This document shows, piece after piece, positions 11,006 through 23,956 of a stretch of DNA of 64,000 nucleotides. Made by a program: the position numbers and the translations under genes. This DNA is from Octopus vulgaris (lineage: Eukaryota), in the NCBI GenBank assembly GCA_951406725.2, contig OX597815.1, positions 66,526,001 to 66,590,000 of the forward strand, given 5' to 3'. Every line of letters starts with the position of its first letter. Within the stretch, counting starts at the first letter, position 1. Below the pieces are notes generated by a model. It saw nothing but the letters and a program-made list of their open reading frames with translations. It made no database searches and was not told where the DNA came from.

Positions 11006-13676
11006 GAAAAGCTGAAGCAAGATATCCTTGCCAAAGCACAAAGGATCCGCCGGTACAAGAAACGCCAACGCTTCTTTGAAGAAAACAAAAAGTTCAACTC
11101 TAACCCCAAAAAGTTCTACCAAGAACTGGGAAAAAATAAAATAGAAGTCACTGCAGCACCAACGGCAGAAGAATTGGAAGAATTCTGGGGAGAAATATGG
11201 TCGGCGAACGAACCACCAAAAAAAGGAGTATCAGAATAACAAACTCGGCATCTGAACAACTTTGGACCCCCATAACAACTGAAGAGGTCACCCAAGCACT
11301 GCAAAGACTAAGCAACTGGAAGGCACCTGGGCATGACAAGATCCCCAACTTCTGGTTGAAATATCTAACAGGAATGCACAAAAAGCTGGCTGAAAACTTT
11401 AACAAAGTACTAGCAGAGCCAGAGACAATGCCTGAATGGCTCACGAAGGGGAAAACCATCTTAATTCCCAAATCAAATGAAACAGAAAAACCAGAAAACT
11501 ACAGACCAATAACCTGCCTCCCTACTATGTTCAAGGCATTTACTGCAGTGATATCACAAAGGCTGAACAAGCACCTGGACGAAAACAAACTGTTCCCAGA
11601 AGAGCAGAAAGGATGCCGCAAAGGCTCATATGGCTGTAAAGATCGACTAATGATTAATAAAGCCATAACTGAAGACAGCCACAGAAAGAAGAAAGGCCTC
11701 AGTATGGCCTGGATTGACTACAAAAAGGCGTTTGATAGCATCCCCACACATGGATCCTCGAAACACTAGCCATTAACAAAGTAGCACCAACAATCATAAA
11801 ATTCATAGAGCACTCTATGAATAAATGGCAAACAGTCCTACACCTCCAAACAAAAGAGGGACTCGTGAAAACCAAAGACATCCCCATTAGAAGAGGAATA
11901 TTCCAGGGAGACACGCTCTCTCCACTCCTCTTCTGCTTGGCACTGTCACCTCTATCTGATATGCTAAATAGAACTGGATGCGGATATAAATGTTACGGCA
12001 AAACGATCAGCCACCTTTTATATATGGATGACCTAAAACTATACGCTGCAAATGACAAACAGCTGGAAACACTATTAAAGACAGTTCATGGATTTACCAA
12101 AGAAATAGATATGAAATTTGGATTAGAAAAATGCGCCAAAGTAACCCTGAAAAGAGGAAAACTAGTTAAGAGTAACAACATCACACTAGATAAAACCAAT
12201 GAAATAAAAGAATTAGACCAAAGCCAAACTTACAAATACTTAGGAATCCATGAACTAGATAAGACACAACACACACAAATGAAAGAGAAAATAAAAAAAG
12301 AATATTATAGACGAGTTAGATCAACACTAAACACAGAGCTCAATGCTAAAAACAAGATAATAGGTATCAACACTTTAGCTGTCCCAGTTATAAGTTACAG
12401 CTACAATATCCTTAACTGGACACTAAATGAACTCCAAAATAGATAGGAAAACAAGAAAAATAATGACAGGATCTAGGATGCATCACCCAAAATCTGACAT
12501 AGAAAGACTATATATACAACGTATAGAAGGTGGTAGAGGCCTTATACAGCTGGAAAACTACTATAAAATAACCACCATAGGACTGCAAAAATATCTACTT
12601 CAGAAGGAAGGAAAACTGATCCAGATAGCAGCAAAACACGAGCAAAACAAAAAACTGTTCTCAGTATTTAAGGAAGCTGACAAATACAAACAAGAAATCA
12701 TACCACCTAATAAACATGAAGAAGAAGAAGAAGATGAATAAACAACAAAAGCTATAAAACAAATGAAATCCAAACTAAAAATAGAACAGCAACGAACCAT
12801 GATAAAACGATGGCAAGAAAAGCCACTTCATGGTAAATACTGGACTAAACTAAACGCAAAAGAAATAGACAAAGAAAAATCCCAGCAATGGTTGAGAAGC
12901 TCAGGACTCAAAGCAGAAACAGAGGGATTTTTAATTGCAGCACAAGACCAAAGCCTCCCTACCAGAAATTACCAAAAACATGTAATGAAAAGAAATATTA
13001 CAAGTAACTGCAGAATATGTGGAGATGGACAAGAAACAATAAATCGTATTATCTCTAGCTGCCCAGTCTTGGCTAAGAAGGAATATATTCACAGACATGA
13101 CAGAGTTGGAACCTACATACATTGGAAGCTATGCCAACATTATGGAATAACAACAGAAAAAAGATGGTATAGGCACACACCAGAAAAGGTCACAGAAAAC
13201 GAGAAGGCAACCATACTCTGGGATATGCCGATACACACAGATAGAGAAATTAAGACCAACAGACCAGATATAGTTGTCAGAGATCATGAAGAAAAAAATG
13301 CTTTCTAATTGATGTATCAATACCGGCTGATGACAACGTGTCTCTAAAAGAAATGGAGAAACTCTCAAAATACAAAGACCTGTAAATGGAGGTAACTAGA
13401 ATGTGGAATCTGAAAACAGAAACAATTCCTATCATAGTAGGTGCACTAGGCATGATAAAAAAATATTCAGACAAATACATAACAAAAACACCAGGACTTA
13501 CAAACACATATAACATACAGAAAATTGCACTATTAGGCACTGCACACATCCTACGCAGAACACTTTCCATACAATAACCATCAGAGCATCACAACAAATC
13601 ACAGCACATACCCAAGGCACACAGAGCTGTGCTCGGTAGTGAAGTGAAAGCATGCTATAAAAATAAAATTACTGAA
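11003..13676 (+). mobile_element. 5'-truncated R4/Dong-like non-LTR retrotransposon, copy 2, pseudogenised
   Basis: WKAPGHDKIPNFWLK, WIDYKKAFDSIP, YMDDLKLY, RPDIVV. Same 3' UTR as copy 1, ending ACTG(AAT)n. Confidence 0.9.
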
Positions 13677-13729
13677 TAATAATAATAATAATAATGATAA
13701 TAATAATAACCTTTTCTTCATTAACCACT

Positions 13730-14365
13730 GAGAGTTCATTTAAAAGATTGGGGGCGATACAGGACAGTACAAAAAACGAGTGGTGTGAATAACGAAAAAC
13801 AATAAGAATGAAATCCCCAAAAGAGGGAGACTTCCAAGGGCTGCTCGTGAAAACCCCACAAAAGCCATGATCACTCTGACCTCGTAGGCAAGTACCCTCG
13901 CCTCTTCTTCTGCCCTTGATCTAGAGCCGCATGCTTAAAGTAGGCCTGTTCACTCGGGCCATTTGCGTTACATTCACCCACCTTTTGACAAAATTGCACG
14001 GAGGCAGCACTTTCCTCTACTCTCACTTTCCTTTTCAAGTGGAACTTGAAAAAGTTGATAAGGTTTAGCTAAAGAGGAAGGTGTCTGTCTTCAGCATTTT
14101 CAACCTACTCCACCACACAACCTTTCTCGCTGAGGCCACCAGACAAAGAAACGCCGTCTGCTCTTCCCAGCCAAAGAAAGGATGCGGGGTGATCTTCAAG
14201 GTGGACTCAGCCGATAGCTGGATTCGTCCTACCTGCGACAGTTGGTGTTCGACATAAACCCAGAAGTCAGCAATGCTCTGGCACTGGACGAGAGCGTGCA
14301 AAACAGTTTCGTCGTCCTGCGCGGATCTTGGACGGGCCCGGCTGACGACACTTCCATGCCTGTAC
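13730..14365 (-). mobile_element. Tx1/L1-like LINE 3' fragment
   Basis: PRSAQDDETVLHALVQC (decayed CCHC) and ARKVVWWSRLK, homologous to the 3' ends at 28.3 kb and 40.2 kb. Confidence 0.75.
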
Positions 14366-14499
14366 ATAAACAAAATGTCAACTGTTTTGGTACGTGACTT
14401 TTGACCCATCCTGTATATTATATTATATTATATAATATAATATAATATAATATTATATTATATTATATTAATTTTTCCATACATCATCCTGTAATGTGC

Positions 14500-14695
14500 C
14501 TACACACAACATCAGTGATGTTTCATGTGGATTATTAGGTATTTCAGATCATTCAACATTCAAACATCTTCACCCAGGTGACCCAACCAGGATTGATAAG
14601 GATCCAGCTTTGTGCACAATTAGCACTATCTCTTGTAGCACTACTTCTTCCAAGGTTCACACCTCCTCGTCCACAGTCACCTTGCGCCTCCTCTG
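14500..14695 (-). mobile_element. Possible 3' end of a Hero/RLE-type retrotransposon
   Basis: Minus strand GGTTGGGTCACCTGGGTGAAGATGTTTGAATGTTGAATGATCTGAAATACC...ACATCACTGATG resembles Hero-type 3' UTRs. Recognition only. Confidence 0.35.
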
Positions 14696-15319
14696 CGTCT
14701 GTGTGTGTGTGTGTACCTACGTTTGCAGTGATATCAAAAACGAGATACAAGTAATAATTTTACACATCGTTCTTCTGACGACATTAACGGTTAAACCAAA
14801 TAAATTCTCTTCATTTTCCTTCATCATTACCTCGTCTATCTATCTATCTATCTGTCTGTATGTATGTCTGTTTATCTCTATCTATTTGTCTGTCTGTCTA
14901 TCTCCTTTATATTTTTCATTTATCAGATTTTTTTCTTTTAAAATGATCAAAGGCAATATGGGCTTAAAGTGGTCAACGATATTTAATACAAGTATATATA
15001 AGGTTATTGTATATGTAACGTTAGCAGTATGTAATAATATCCTGTGTGACCTTGCCTTGTACTAGTTATCGAGTTTAGTGTGTCAACTCTCCAGTTATGG
15101 ACAGCAAACTTATTTTATACATACTTAGAATCAGCAGATGTTACTTCCGTAGCTTTGCTAATCTCTATCCTGCAATTTAGCACGTAAACATGTCAACGGT
15201 AGAACTGCTTAATGGGTGATTTTAGCCGTGCATTTCTTTAAAATATTTTAATTCTTGGGTTAAATTAAAAACCATTGTGATCTTCGTCAAACAATCTGTT
15301 GTCGTATTTTGATATTTTA

Positions 15320-15322
<3 letters not shown>

Positions 15323-15412
<90 letters not shown>

Positions 15413-15420
15413 TCTCTCTC
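15323..15420. repeat. (TC)n microsatellite
   Basis: Direct reading. Confidence 0.95.
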
Positions 15421-16369
15421 TTAATCGTATGATTATATTTCATTTTCCATCGTGTGTGTGTTTGTGTGTATATGTTTATGAGTGTGTCTGGTTATGAGTG
15501 TGTATTTGTGTGTGTGTACGTGTGTATGTGAGTATACCTCTATTTATGCACACTCTCTATATGTATATTTCTGCGTGCGTCCGTCCGTGTATGTGTTGTG
15601 TGTTGTGTTGTGTTGTATTGTGTTGTGTTGTGTTGTGTGTGTGTGAGTGTGTGTGCGTGTGTGTGTATGTATGCCTGTGTGTGTGAGTATTTACCTCTAG
15701 TGTCAAAAAGTACGGATCTTTTCAATTTCAGTCACAGATTTTTCAATTAATTTTTTAACTAAACAGTTTGAAACTTCGGATACGGTTGAATGTATCACGT
15801 AGAACACAGTTTACTAAACGTTTTTGACAAACTTTTGTATTTTGGAAGTTATTTCGTGTTAAAGTTGTCGTATTTTGATAATTTTAACGAATCAATGACG
15901 TATATTCAGCCGAAGAAAGTTACTGCTGTTTGCTAAGTGGTTCTGATTGAAACTGAAGCTAGGGGGAGGTGGGGAGGAATTCGAAGTAACGAGGTTGGGT
16001 GGTAATATAGGAGGCTGTGTTGGGTAGGAGGAATGTGAGAAGAGAATCAGGATCTTTACCTTTTGACCGACAGATTTAGAAAATAATTTGGATCTTTTCC
16101 TTTTGATGGACGAAATTTCTAGTTAACTAAACAATTTGAAACTTCGTATACTGGTTGAATGTGTCAAAAGAAAACATTATTTTCACTTGACTTTTTTGAG
16201 AAAATTTTTATTTGTAAGTTTAACGTATCTTCGGATTTTAACCAATGAAATGCCAGCATTTGAGCTCAAATCATTTGCTGCGTTATCGATATTGATAAAC
16301 AAAGGAGGAGACGCACGCCGCATACACACACACACACATATATATTCAGATACATACACAGGTACACTT

Positions 16370-16419
<50 letters not shown>

Positions 16420-17569
16420 TCACTCTCTCTCTCTCAAACACATGCATATACATTTGCACAAGCACATAGTAATTAATATATAAGCGTACACACACATACA
16501 AACGAAGATATACATACACACACATACGCACCCAAGCATACATACACGTTCGTGAGTTCGCACTGGTGTCGATAGAATCGACTTAATACTTTTGTATCTC
16601 ATGCTTTGTCCCCTCTGTGTTTTGCCCCTTGCCGCAACAAATTTACACAAAAGGTAAATAAACCAGAAGGTGGGGGTCGATAAATTAAGTACCAATTACG
16701 CACTGGTGTCGAGGATTTTTTTCCCAATTTATATCACAGCCTCCGACAAGCTGGGGCATCCTTTGTAACGGGAACGAGTAGCTTCATGCACTTTTAGAGT
16801 GCATGTGGTGCATACAAATTACCGTTGCTTTAATATCCAGATTCTACCAGTCAAAGAAACACAAAACGCAGACGTAAAAAATATATATACTTTATTGTCT
16901 TATAACGGTAAGAAATAAGTGGTGTATCTGGTATCCCTTTGGTATGGATGTGTCAGAGCTGAACTTTATCGCTTGTAAGATTTTACAATGTTCAAATGCA
17001 ACAACACTGGTCAAAATGGCGTCAGGAGAGAGAAGATGATGTGGTCTCCAACAAATCCTGGTTAAAAGTCTTCTGCCGACTGCTGCTATATCAAGTCCGG
17101 ACAGAGAGAGAATTACACGTCCGGTGCCTTCAGTCGCCGTGTCTCAAGTCACCGCCTACGGCTGCTATGTCTCTCCGGACCCTTTTAAGGTTCACGCTCC
17201 CTTGCCTCGGCTAACTGCCACGTCAGCAAATTCCCTCTTCTGGACTTCGCGCACGCGCGAAACAGAAAAGGACGGTGCGCGCGCGCACCGTTGTATAGGA
17301 TCACTACAAAGCTCCACCCCAGTGCCTAAGCACGAACGAAATTCCTTGTAGTGACTAATAAAAAACTCAAGGTGGACACCAGATAACCAAATAACACACA
17401 ATATACAAAAATGGCAGAATTTACAATATACACAAGAAATTCACCAAAAGGAAAAAAAGAGAAAAAATACTCAAAATGAGCAAAAATTAAAAGTGCATGT
17501 GTGAATAAGAATAGCTTCCGGCCAACGTGAGAAATGATCGATAAAGTTAAATATATATGAGAACCCATT

Positions 17570-18010
17570 ACTCACAGGCCATGGTCCAACCAAATCAAGG
17601 TGGACATGGCGAAACGGGCTTCAGGAGAAGAAAACTGTCCAAGTGGAGCACGAACGTGTCCATGGACCTTAGCACTCTGGCACTTCAAACAAGAGCGTGC
17701 CCAAGAGGTAATCGATCGTCGCATATTGGGCCAAAAGAACTGTGGCAGAGATACCTGGATGTGACAGTGAATGAAGAGCATCAAACACAGAACGTTGATG
17801 TTTCTCAGGTACTAACGGTCTAGGAGAACCGGTGGATACGTCACAAAGTATAGAGCCTTCCGCTGAAAGGAGCGGAAGCTAGGCAAACTTACAGTTAATA
17901 AACTTAGGCGAAGTTAAATCCAACTCCTCTAAAGGTGGTTGATCCTGCGAAATAGCAGTTAAGTCAATTGCCGCAGGAGAAAAAATGGAACTGACAGATA
18001 GATCGCTAGT
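17570..18010 (-). pseudogene. Gypsy integrase HHCC zinc-binding domain remnant
   Basis: IDLTAISQDQ, LCDVSTGSPRPLVP, LHSLSHPG and FFWPNMRRSITSWARSCLKCQSAKV. Confidence 0.8.
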
Positions 18011-19207
18011 AACACAAAAGGCAGACAGTGCTTCAGCTGAAAGTGTAAGGTTAGCAAGGTGACAGTGCAAGCATGCTGGTGTGATGCGCGAGACAGATAA
18101 TTTTCTCTGTTAATTACGTGACCAACAGGGGTCTAACAGGGAAAAAATTACGCCTAAACATGGGCGCAGCGCATGTGAACATCCGACGTTCTTTGAGTCG
18201 GGAAAAGAATTAAGCTGACGCAAACGTGTTGCAAAACAAGGCAGTACACGTGCAGAACAGAGGTGCATGAATGCAATAGGGCTTGCTAGACTGAAAAAAC
18301 AGCGATGAATATGCCGGTGGTTAATGTAGTAAGGCTGAGGCGGCCAGCCAGTGCTTGAGCGATTATATGCCTCGGTCGTGCAGGAACAAAAGTGTGGCAT
18401 GCTGGCGCGTTATAAGGGACAAACAACTTTCTTTATGTATACGTGACCGACCTAGGGTCTTACAGAAATGAGTTGTGTCCACAAAGGCAAATTGAGCATG
18501 GAAAAACAAGCGAGAAAGGCATGTGTGACGTATGAATGTGACAGAGATAGCATTTGTGTGTGTACGTGTGTGCGACAGAAATACAACAAAGGTGAATGCG
18601 GACAAAATAAAATACAGCGCATAGGAAAAAAGTCTCTCAGGGTATTTCAGACAAGATGGAGTTAATTTACCAGTCCGTAATAGCCTGATACATAATAGCA
18701 GTTCGTTCTGTAACAGAATGTTGAGATCACAAATGCAGATGCCGGTTGAACACATGTCGTGTAGCGGTTGTGGCTTCAATGCTGTGACAGGTTAAATTGG
18801 TACAGAAGATCTCGCAGGTAGACTGTGCTGTTAATTCTGGTGTGTATACACGAACAGCGTGAAAGCTAAACTTCCGCGAGTTGCTATTTACATATTGTTG
18901 AGGTCGACGGTGTTGAAGGCGACTGTGGTGGACTTGAGACACATTGTTGCTTAGTGTTGATGGCGACGAAGATAGCGACGACGTGAAGTTGAAAAACGAC
19001 GATGGTGATGACGACGGCAGAGAAAAAGCATCGTTGATATGATGGCGTCCGTCATTATTGCTGAAGAATAAGAAAGGCTCCTTTTATAACTGTTTGAGGG
19101 GACCGGAAACAAATCGTCGAAAGATGAATGCGTAGGTTGATCGTGTTCAGACTTGGCAGAAAAAACTGGATTTTTTGTTGTTAAGTGATCTCTGGTTTAA
19201 GACCAGA

Positions 19208-19226
19208 ATCACGTCGGGGGTCACCA
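19208..19226 (-). promoter_or_regulatory. Primer-binding site complementary to tRNA-Trp 3' end
   Basis: TGGTGACCCCCGACGTGAT lies 1 nt inside the LTR. It matches the known tRNA-Trp PBS TGGTGACCCCGACGTGAT with one extra C. Confidence 0.85.
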
Positions 19227-20744
19227 GTGTAACGGGAACGAGTAGCTTCATGCACTTTTAGAGTGCATGTGGTGCATACAAATTACCGTTGCTTTAATAT
19301 CAGATTCTACCAGTCAAAGAAACACAAAACGCAGACGTAAAATATATATATACTTTATTGTCTTATAACGGTAAGAAATAAGTGGTGTATCTGGTATCCC
19401 TTTGGTATGGATGTGTCAGAGCTGAACTTTATCGCTTGTAAGATTTTACAATGTTCAAATGCAACAACACTGGTCAAAATGGCGTCAGGAGAGAGAAGAT
19501 GATGTGGTCTGCAACAAATCCTGGTTAAAAGTCTTCTGCCGACTGCTGCTATATCAAGTCCGGACAGAGAGAGAATTACACGTCCGGTGCCTTCAGTCGC
19601 CGTGTCTCAAGTCACCGCCTACTGCTGCTATGTCTCTCCGGACCCTTTTAAGGTTCACGCTCCCTTGCCTCAGCTAACTGCCACGTCAGCAAATTCCCTC
19701 TTCCGGACTTCGCGCACGCGCGAAACAGAAAAGGACGGTGCGCGCACGCACCGTTGTATAGGATCACTACACCTTTTATGAAAAAATATTTCGCAAATTT
19801 TTACAATACGACCCACACTCCACGCGCACCCTCTAGACCGATTTAGGCATATTATTATTTTGTTTTTGTTGTTTTTGGCCCTTCAAAACCATGGGAGAAG
19901 CCTTTTCGGTAAAAAAAAAGAAAGAAAATATTTTTAAAATATCGTTAATATTGGGCGACGAAATTCATCGATTTAATAGCGAGACAGACAGAAGAGAGAA
20001 TGATGAATAACACGTGTGCGTGTGTGTGTATGTGTGTGTGTGTGAGTGTGTGTGTGCTGTTTACGTTGCAACAGGATGTTGTCTGAGTTTTTAGAGCAGC
20101 AAATGATTTGAGCTCAAATGCTGGCATTTCATTGGTTAAAATTCGAAGAATTAAACTACGTTAAACTTACAAATTACAATTTTCTCAAAAAAGCCAAGTG
20201 AAAATAATGTTTTCTTTTGACACATTTTACCAGTATACGAAGTTTCAAATTGTTTAGTTAACTAGAAATTCTGTCCATCAAAAGGAAAAGATCCAATAAT
20301 TTTTTGTAAACTAAACACTTTCAAACTTCGTAAACTGGTAGAATGTTTCATATAAAACATCTTTTACTCTTAGCGTTTTTGAGAAAAGTTGATATTTACG
20401 AAGTTATTTCGTGTTAAATTTCTCGTATTTTGGTAATTTCAACCAATCAATGACGTGTATTCAGCTGAATATAATTACTGCTGTTGTTTGTCAACAACTT
20501 TCGGCGGTGTATATTTCGTTTGTCACTGTTATTTATGACATATTTCATCTCAGTTATGTTTGTATGAATAAAAGAGTGTATCTGAAGCATGTTTACTTCA
20601 TGGCACCACCATAATCGTTCGTACATTTCTATTGCTTTTAGTTTCTTTTTTTTTTTTTTCCTGTTTTTCAGCTACTATTTCCGGAAAGAATTTTTTGCTC
20701 CCAAACCCCTACCCCTCCAATTTCTTCGTTTTTCATTTTTTCGT

Positions 20745-20858
20745 AACTCTAACCCTAAAACCCCAGCCCTAACCCTAACCCTAACTCTAAAACCCTAACT
20801 CTAACCCTAAAACCCTAAAACCCTAACTCTAAAACCCTAACCCTAACCCTAAAACCTT
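20745..20858 (+). repeat. Degenerate telomere-like (TAACCC)n tract
   Basis: CCCTAACCCTAACCCTAACTCTAAAACCCTAAC... Confidence 0.9.
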
Positions 20859-21173
20859 CAAGTTAAAACCAGTACAAACGCACGAACGATATCATAAATA
20901 ATAGTGACAAATGAAATATACACCGCCGATAGTTGTTGTTGACAAACAACGGCAGTAATTTTATTCAGCTAAATACACGTCATTGATTGGCTGAAATTAC
21001 CGAAATACGATAACTTTAACTCGAAGTAACTTCGTAAACATAAACTTTTCTCAAAAATGCTAAGAGTAAACGATGTTTTATATGAGACATTCTACCAGTA
21101 TACGAAGTTTGAAAGTGTTTAATTATAAAAAATTATTTTCTAAATCTGCCGGTCAAAAGGTAAAGATCCGAGA

Positions 21174-21209
<36 letters not shown>

Positions 21210-22429
21210 TTTCAGATTTTTTTTTACACCAGACACAGAAAATATATTCTCTTACGCCTAAAATCCGCAGCCAACCCACAAACTAACAACCTTGTGCATG
21301 TGTGTTCGATTTTGTTTATGTACCTCAAGCTGCCTCTAGTTCATATTTGGATTTTTTACGCAGCATAAAACGTTGGGGCATTTAGCATTTAGTTACAGTC
21401 GGCGATATGGCTTGCAACGGGCCTTGTTCGATATGTGACAGCGATAAGTCAAAACAAGGACGAAATATCGATGTCTGTCGCTTCGAGAACGGATCTATGT
21501 CAGTTGTCTCGCTTGACTATGACTTACTTTCAGGTGTCTTTTACACCAGGCGCATAGAGAATATATTCTCTTACGCCTAAGAACCCGCAGCCGACCTATG
21601 AACTAACAACACATATACCTAATGTACATGAGTATGTGTTCGATTTTGTTTATATATACATATATATGTATATATGCTACCAATCTACCTCTCCCTTTCT
21701 CCCTTTGCCGCCAATCCACCTTCATTCTTCGAATTTCCTCTTCGCCTCCCAGGCGGCATCTATAACTAGGTCCTTTCCCTTCATTTTAATACTTGCCCCT
21801 CTCTCCTTTCATCATTTTTACTTCTCTTTCTCAGTTCCATAACCTCCGCTATCCCCGATTAAATACATCTGTTGTCAACACCAAATGACGCCACCCTTCA
21901 CAGTACTACCCATCCCATTCCTTACCACTCATCTCTCGGTTCACCACTTCTACTTCTACTTTTCTCAGTCTCCTGGCCACTCACACCCCTTCCTCTCTCT
22001 GCAGTGCCTCTCCTATCTTTTCTTGTTCTTCCTGTTTCAGCACTCTCCCCACACACCTTGAACCGCCTACTTCCTCCTTCCACCTACTTCTATTTGAGTT
22101 CTTCACTCATTCTACCCTTAAATTCTCTGCATTATGATTTGAATGTTAGATGCCAATCTCTCCACCTTGAAGACGGAGGCCAGCTTTACGCCACTGTTTA
22201 TATGCATCCACTACTGGTTGCATTTCCTTGACCTTCTACACACTCCATCTGCCAACATTACAACTATTACGTCATTGTGAGCTCCCAGAAACAGCTGTCG
22301 GACCTGAAATACCATGCCCTTTCCCCTTAGTTTTCTGCAATTTTTGTACTCCATGTAAATCTGTTCTGTTAATATGTAAATATCTATATCCTTATACATG
22401 AGTGTTCATCTTCTGAATATTTTCAGTTT

Positions 22430-22534
<105 letters not shown>

Positions 22535-23039
22535 AAGGTTTGAAAATGCAATTTAAAAGATGTTTATTTACTTTACCGGTTTCACTCTTTGGAAAAAGAT
22601 TGTCAAAAGTAACATGTAGAAGTTTGGTTGCGTTAATTATTGGTTGTTGCAAATTGCTACATTACATATATACAGTCTTTGGTAACAGGGACATGTTAAG
22701 GACATAAAAAAGTTCAACAAGTTCCTTAAAATATTGGGCACAAAATATTACTACATAAATAATAGTTCGCAAGGACATGCTTAAGATAGTTTCCAGAAGG
22801 AATTGATATTGGCATTGTATCTGTATATTCAAACATGCACAGAATATTGGTTGACACAGAGTACTATAATCCATATAAATATACATTCTTTGGTGACAAG
22901 AGTATGTTGAGAATATAAAAAAGTTTAACAAGCTCATTGAAATAATGGGCACAAAAGATTACAACAAATATATTATACATCTCAAGTATACACGTACAGA
23001 ATATTATGAGTTCAAAAAGATTTACATTATAATAGTGGT

Positions 23040-23249
23040 GAAGCTAAAACTGACCTGTCCGTTTAAAATTTTTTTTTTATGGTAAATTTTTTTTTTAATC
23101 GTAGACACGCGCTAATACCCAGAAGGGCTCGATATGAATCACGACTATAAGATACCCGCTTTTGGTTAAACTGCACCGCAAAATGTGGGAGTAGTTAGGA
23201 ATCTAAATCGTAGGAGACAGACACCACACAACTTCAGTTTTATATATAT

Positions 23250-23253
<4 letters not shown>
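23040..23253 (-). mobile_element. 5' end of a non-autonomous Helitron-like element
   Basis: Minus strand starts ATCTATATATATAAAACTGAAGTTGTGTGGTGTCTGTC, the same architecture as 1692 and 45712. Confidence 0.45.
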
Positions 23254-23292
<39 letters not shown>

Positions 23293-23294
<2 letters not shown>

Positions 23295-23523
23295 CTTTAC
23301 TACCCACAAGGGGCTAAACACAGAGGGGACAAACAAGGACAGACAAACGAATTAAGTCAATTATATCGACCCCAGTGTGTAACTCGTACTTAATTTATCG
23401 ACCCCGAAAGGATGAAAGGCAAAGTCAACCTCGGCGGAATTTGAACTCAGAACGTAACGGCAGACGAAATACGGTTACGCATTTCGCCCGGCGTGCTAAC
23501 GTTTCTGCCAGCTTGCCGCCTTA
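23293..23523 (-). mobile_element. SINE family A, full length
   Basis: Head, central GTCGATAAATTAAGTAC domain and tail ...CCCCTTGTGGGTAGTAAAGAAAA. Confidence 0.85.
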
Positions 23524-23551
23524 TTTATATATTTATGTATGTATAATTATA

Positions 23552-23590
<39 letters not shown>

Positions 23591-23905
23591 ATATATATCT
23601 ACATGTATATATGTATATTTTATATATCAACCCAAGTGTGTTTATTTGTTTATTTGCATCATTATCTCTCTCTCCCAATACATATATGTGCGTGTGTGTG
23701 TTTGCGTGTGTATGTATATATATACACACATACATACATGTACACACATATATACATAAATACATACATACATATACATATATATATATATATATATATT
23801 TTGTACATATGCATATATATATTTGTACATATATATGTATGTATGTATGTATATATGTATGTATATGTGTATATATATGTGTGTGTGTATGTATGAATAT
23901 GTATA

Positions 23906-23956
<51 letters not shown>

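Larger units (their letters stand above)
16764..19771 (-). mobile_element. Internally deleted Gypsy-type LTR retrotransposon (LTRs 16764-17308 and 19228-19771)
   Basis: TG...CA LTRs of ~545 bp with few differences, 4-bp TSD CCTT, PBS next to the right LTR, purine tract CTGGGGTGGAG next to the left LTR, and an integrase fragment. Confidence 0.92.
16090..20294. mobile_element. Inner related TIR element (~200-bp TIRs) inserted in the outer element's left TIR
   Basis: GGATCTTTTCCTTTTGATGGAC...GTCCATCAAAAGGAAAAGATCC. Perfect TSD AATAATTT at 16082-16089 and 20295-20302. Confidence 0.85.
16050..21169. mobile_element. Outer non-autonomous TIR element (GGATCTTT ends, 8-bp TSD, Merlin/Mutator-like) with internal TAACCC repeats
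   Basis: Ends GGATCTTTACCTTTTGACCG / CGGTCAAAAGGTAAAGATCC. TSD GAGAATCA / GAGAATCG. The left TIR resumes at 20303 and is complementary to ~20900-21169. Confidence 0.8.

Noticed and set aside
7612-13570. Minus-strand ORFs with poly-I/S/F/L
   Set aside because: Antisense frames of the LINEs and trinucleotide repeats.
14405-14475. Palindromic (ATATT)n/(ATATA)n tract
   Set aside because: Low-complexity AT microsatellite whose self-complementarity is trivial.
20745-20858. True telomere or chromosome fusion site
   Set aside because: Short, degenerate and enclosed by transposon TIRs. At 39.7-40 kb the polarity is opposite to that of an end-to-end fusion.
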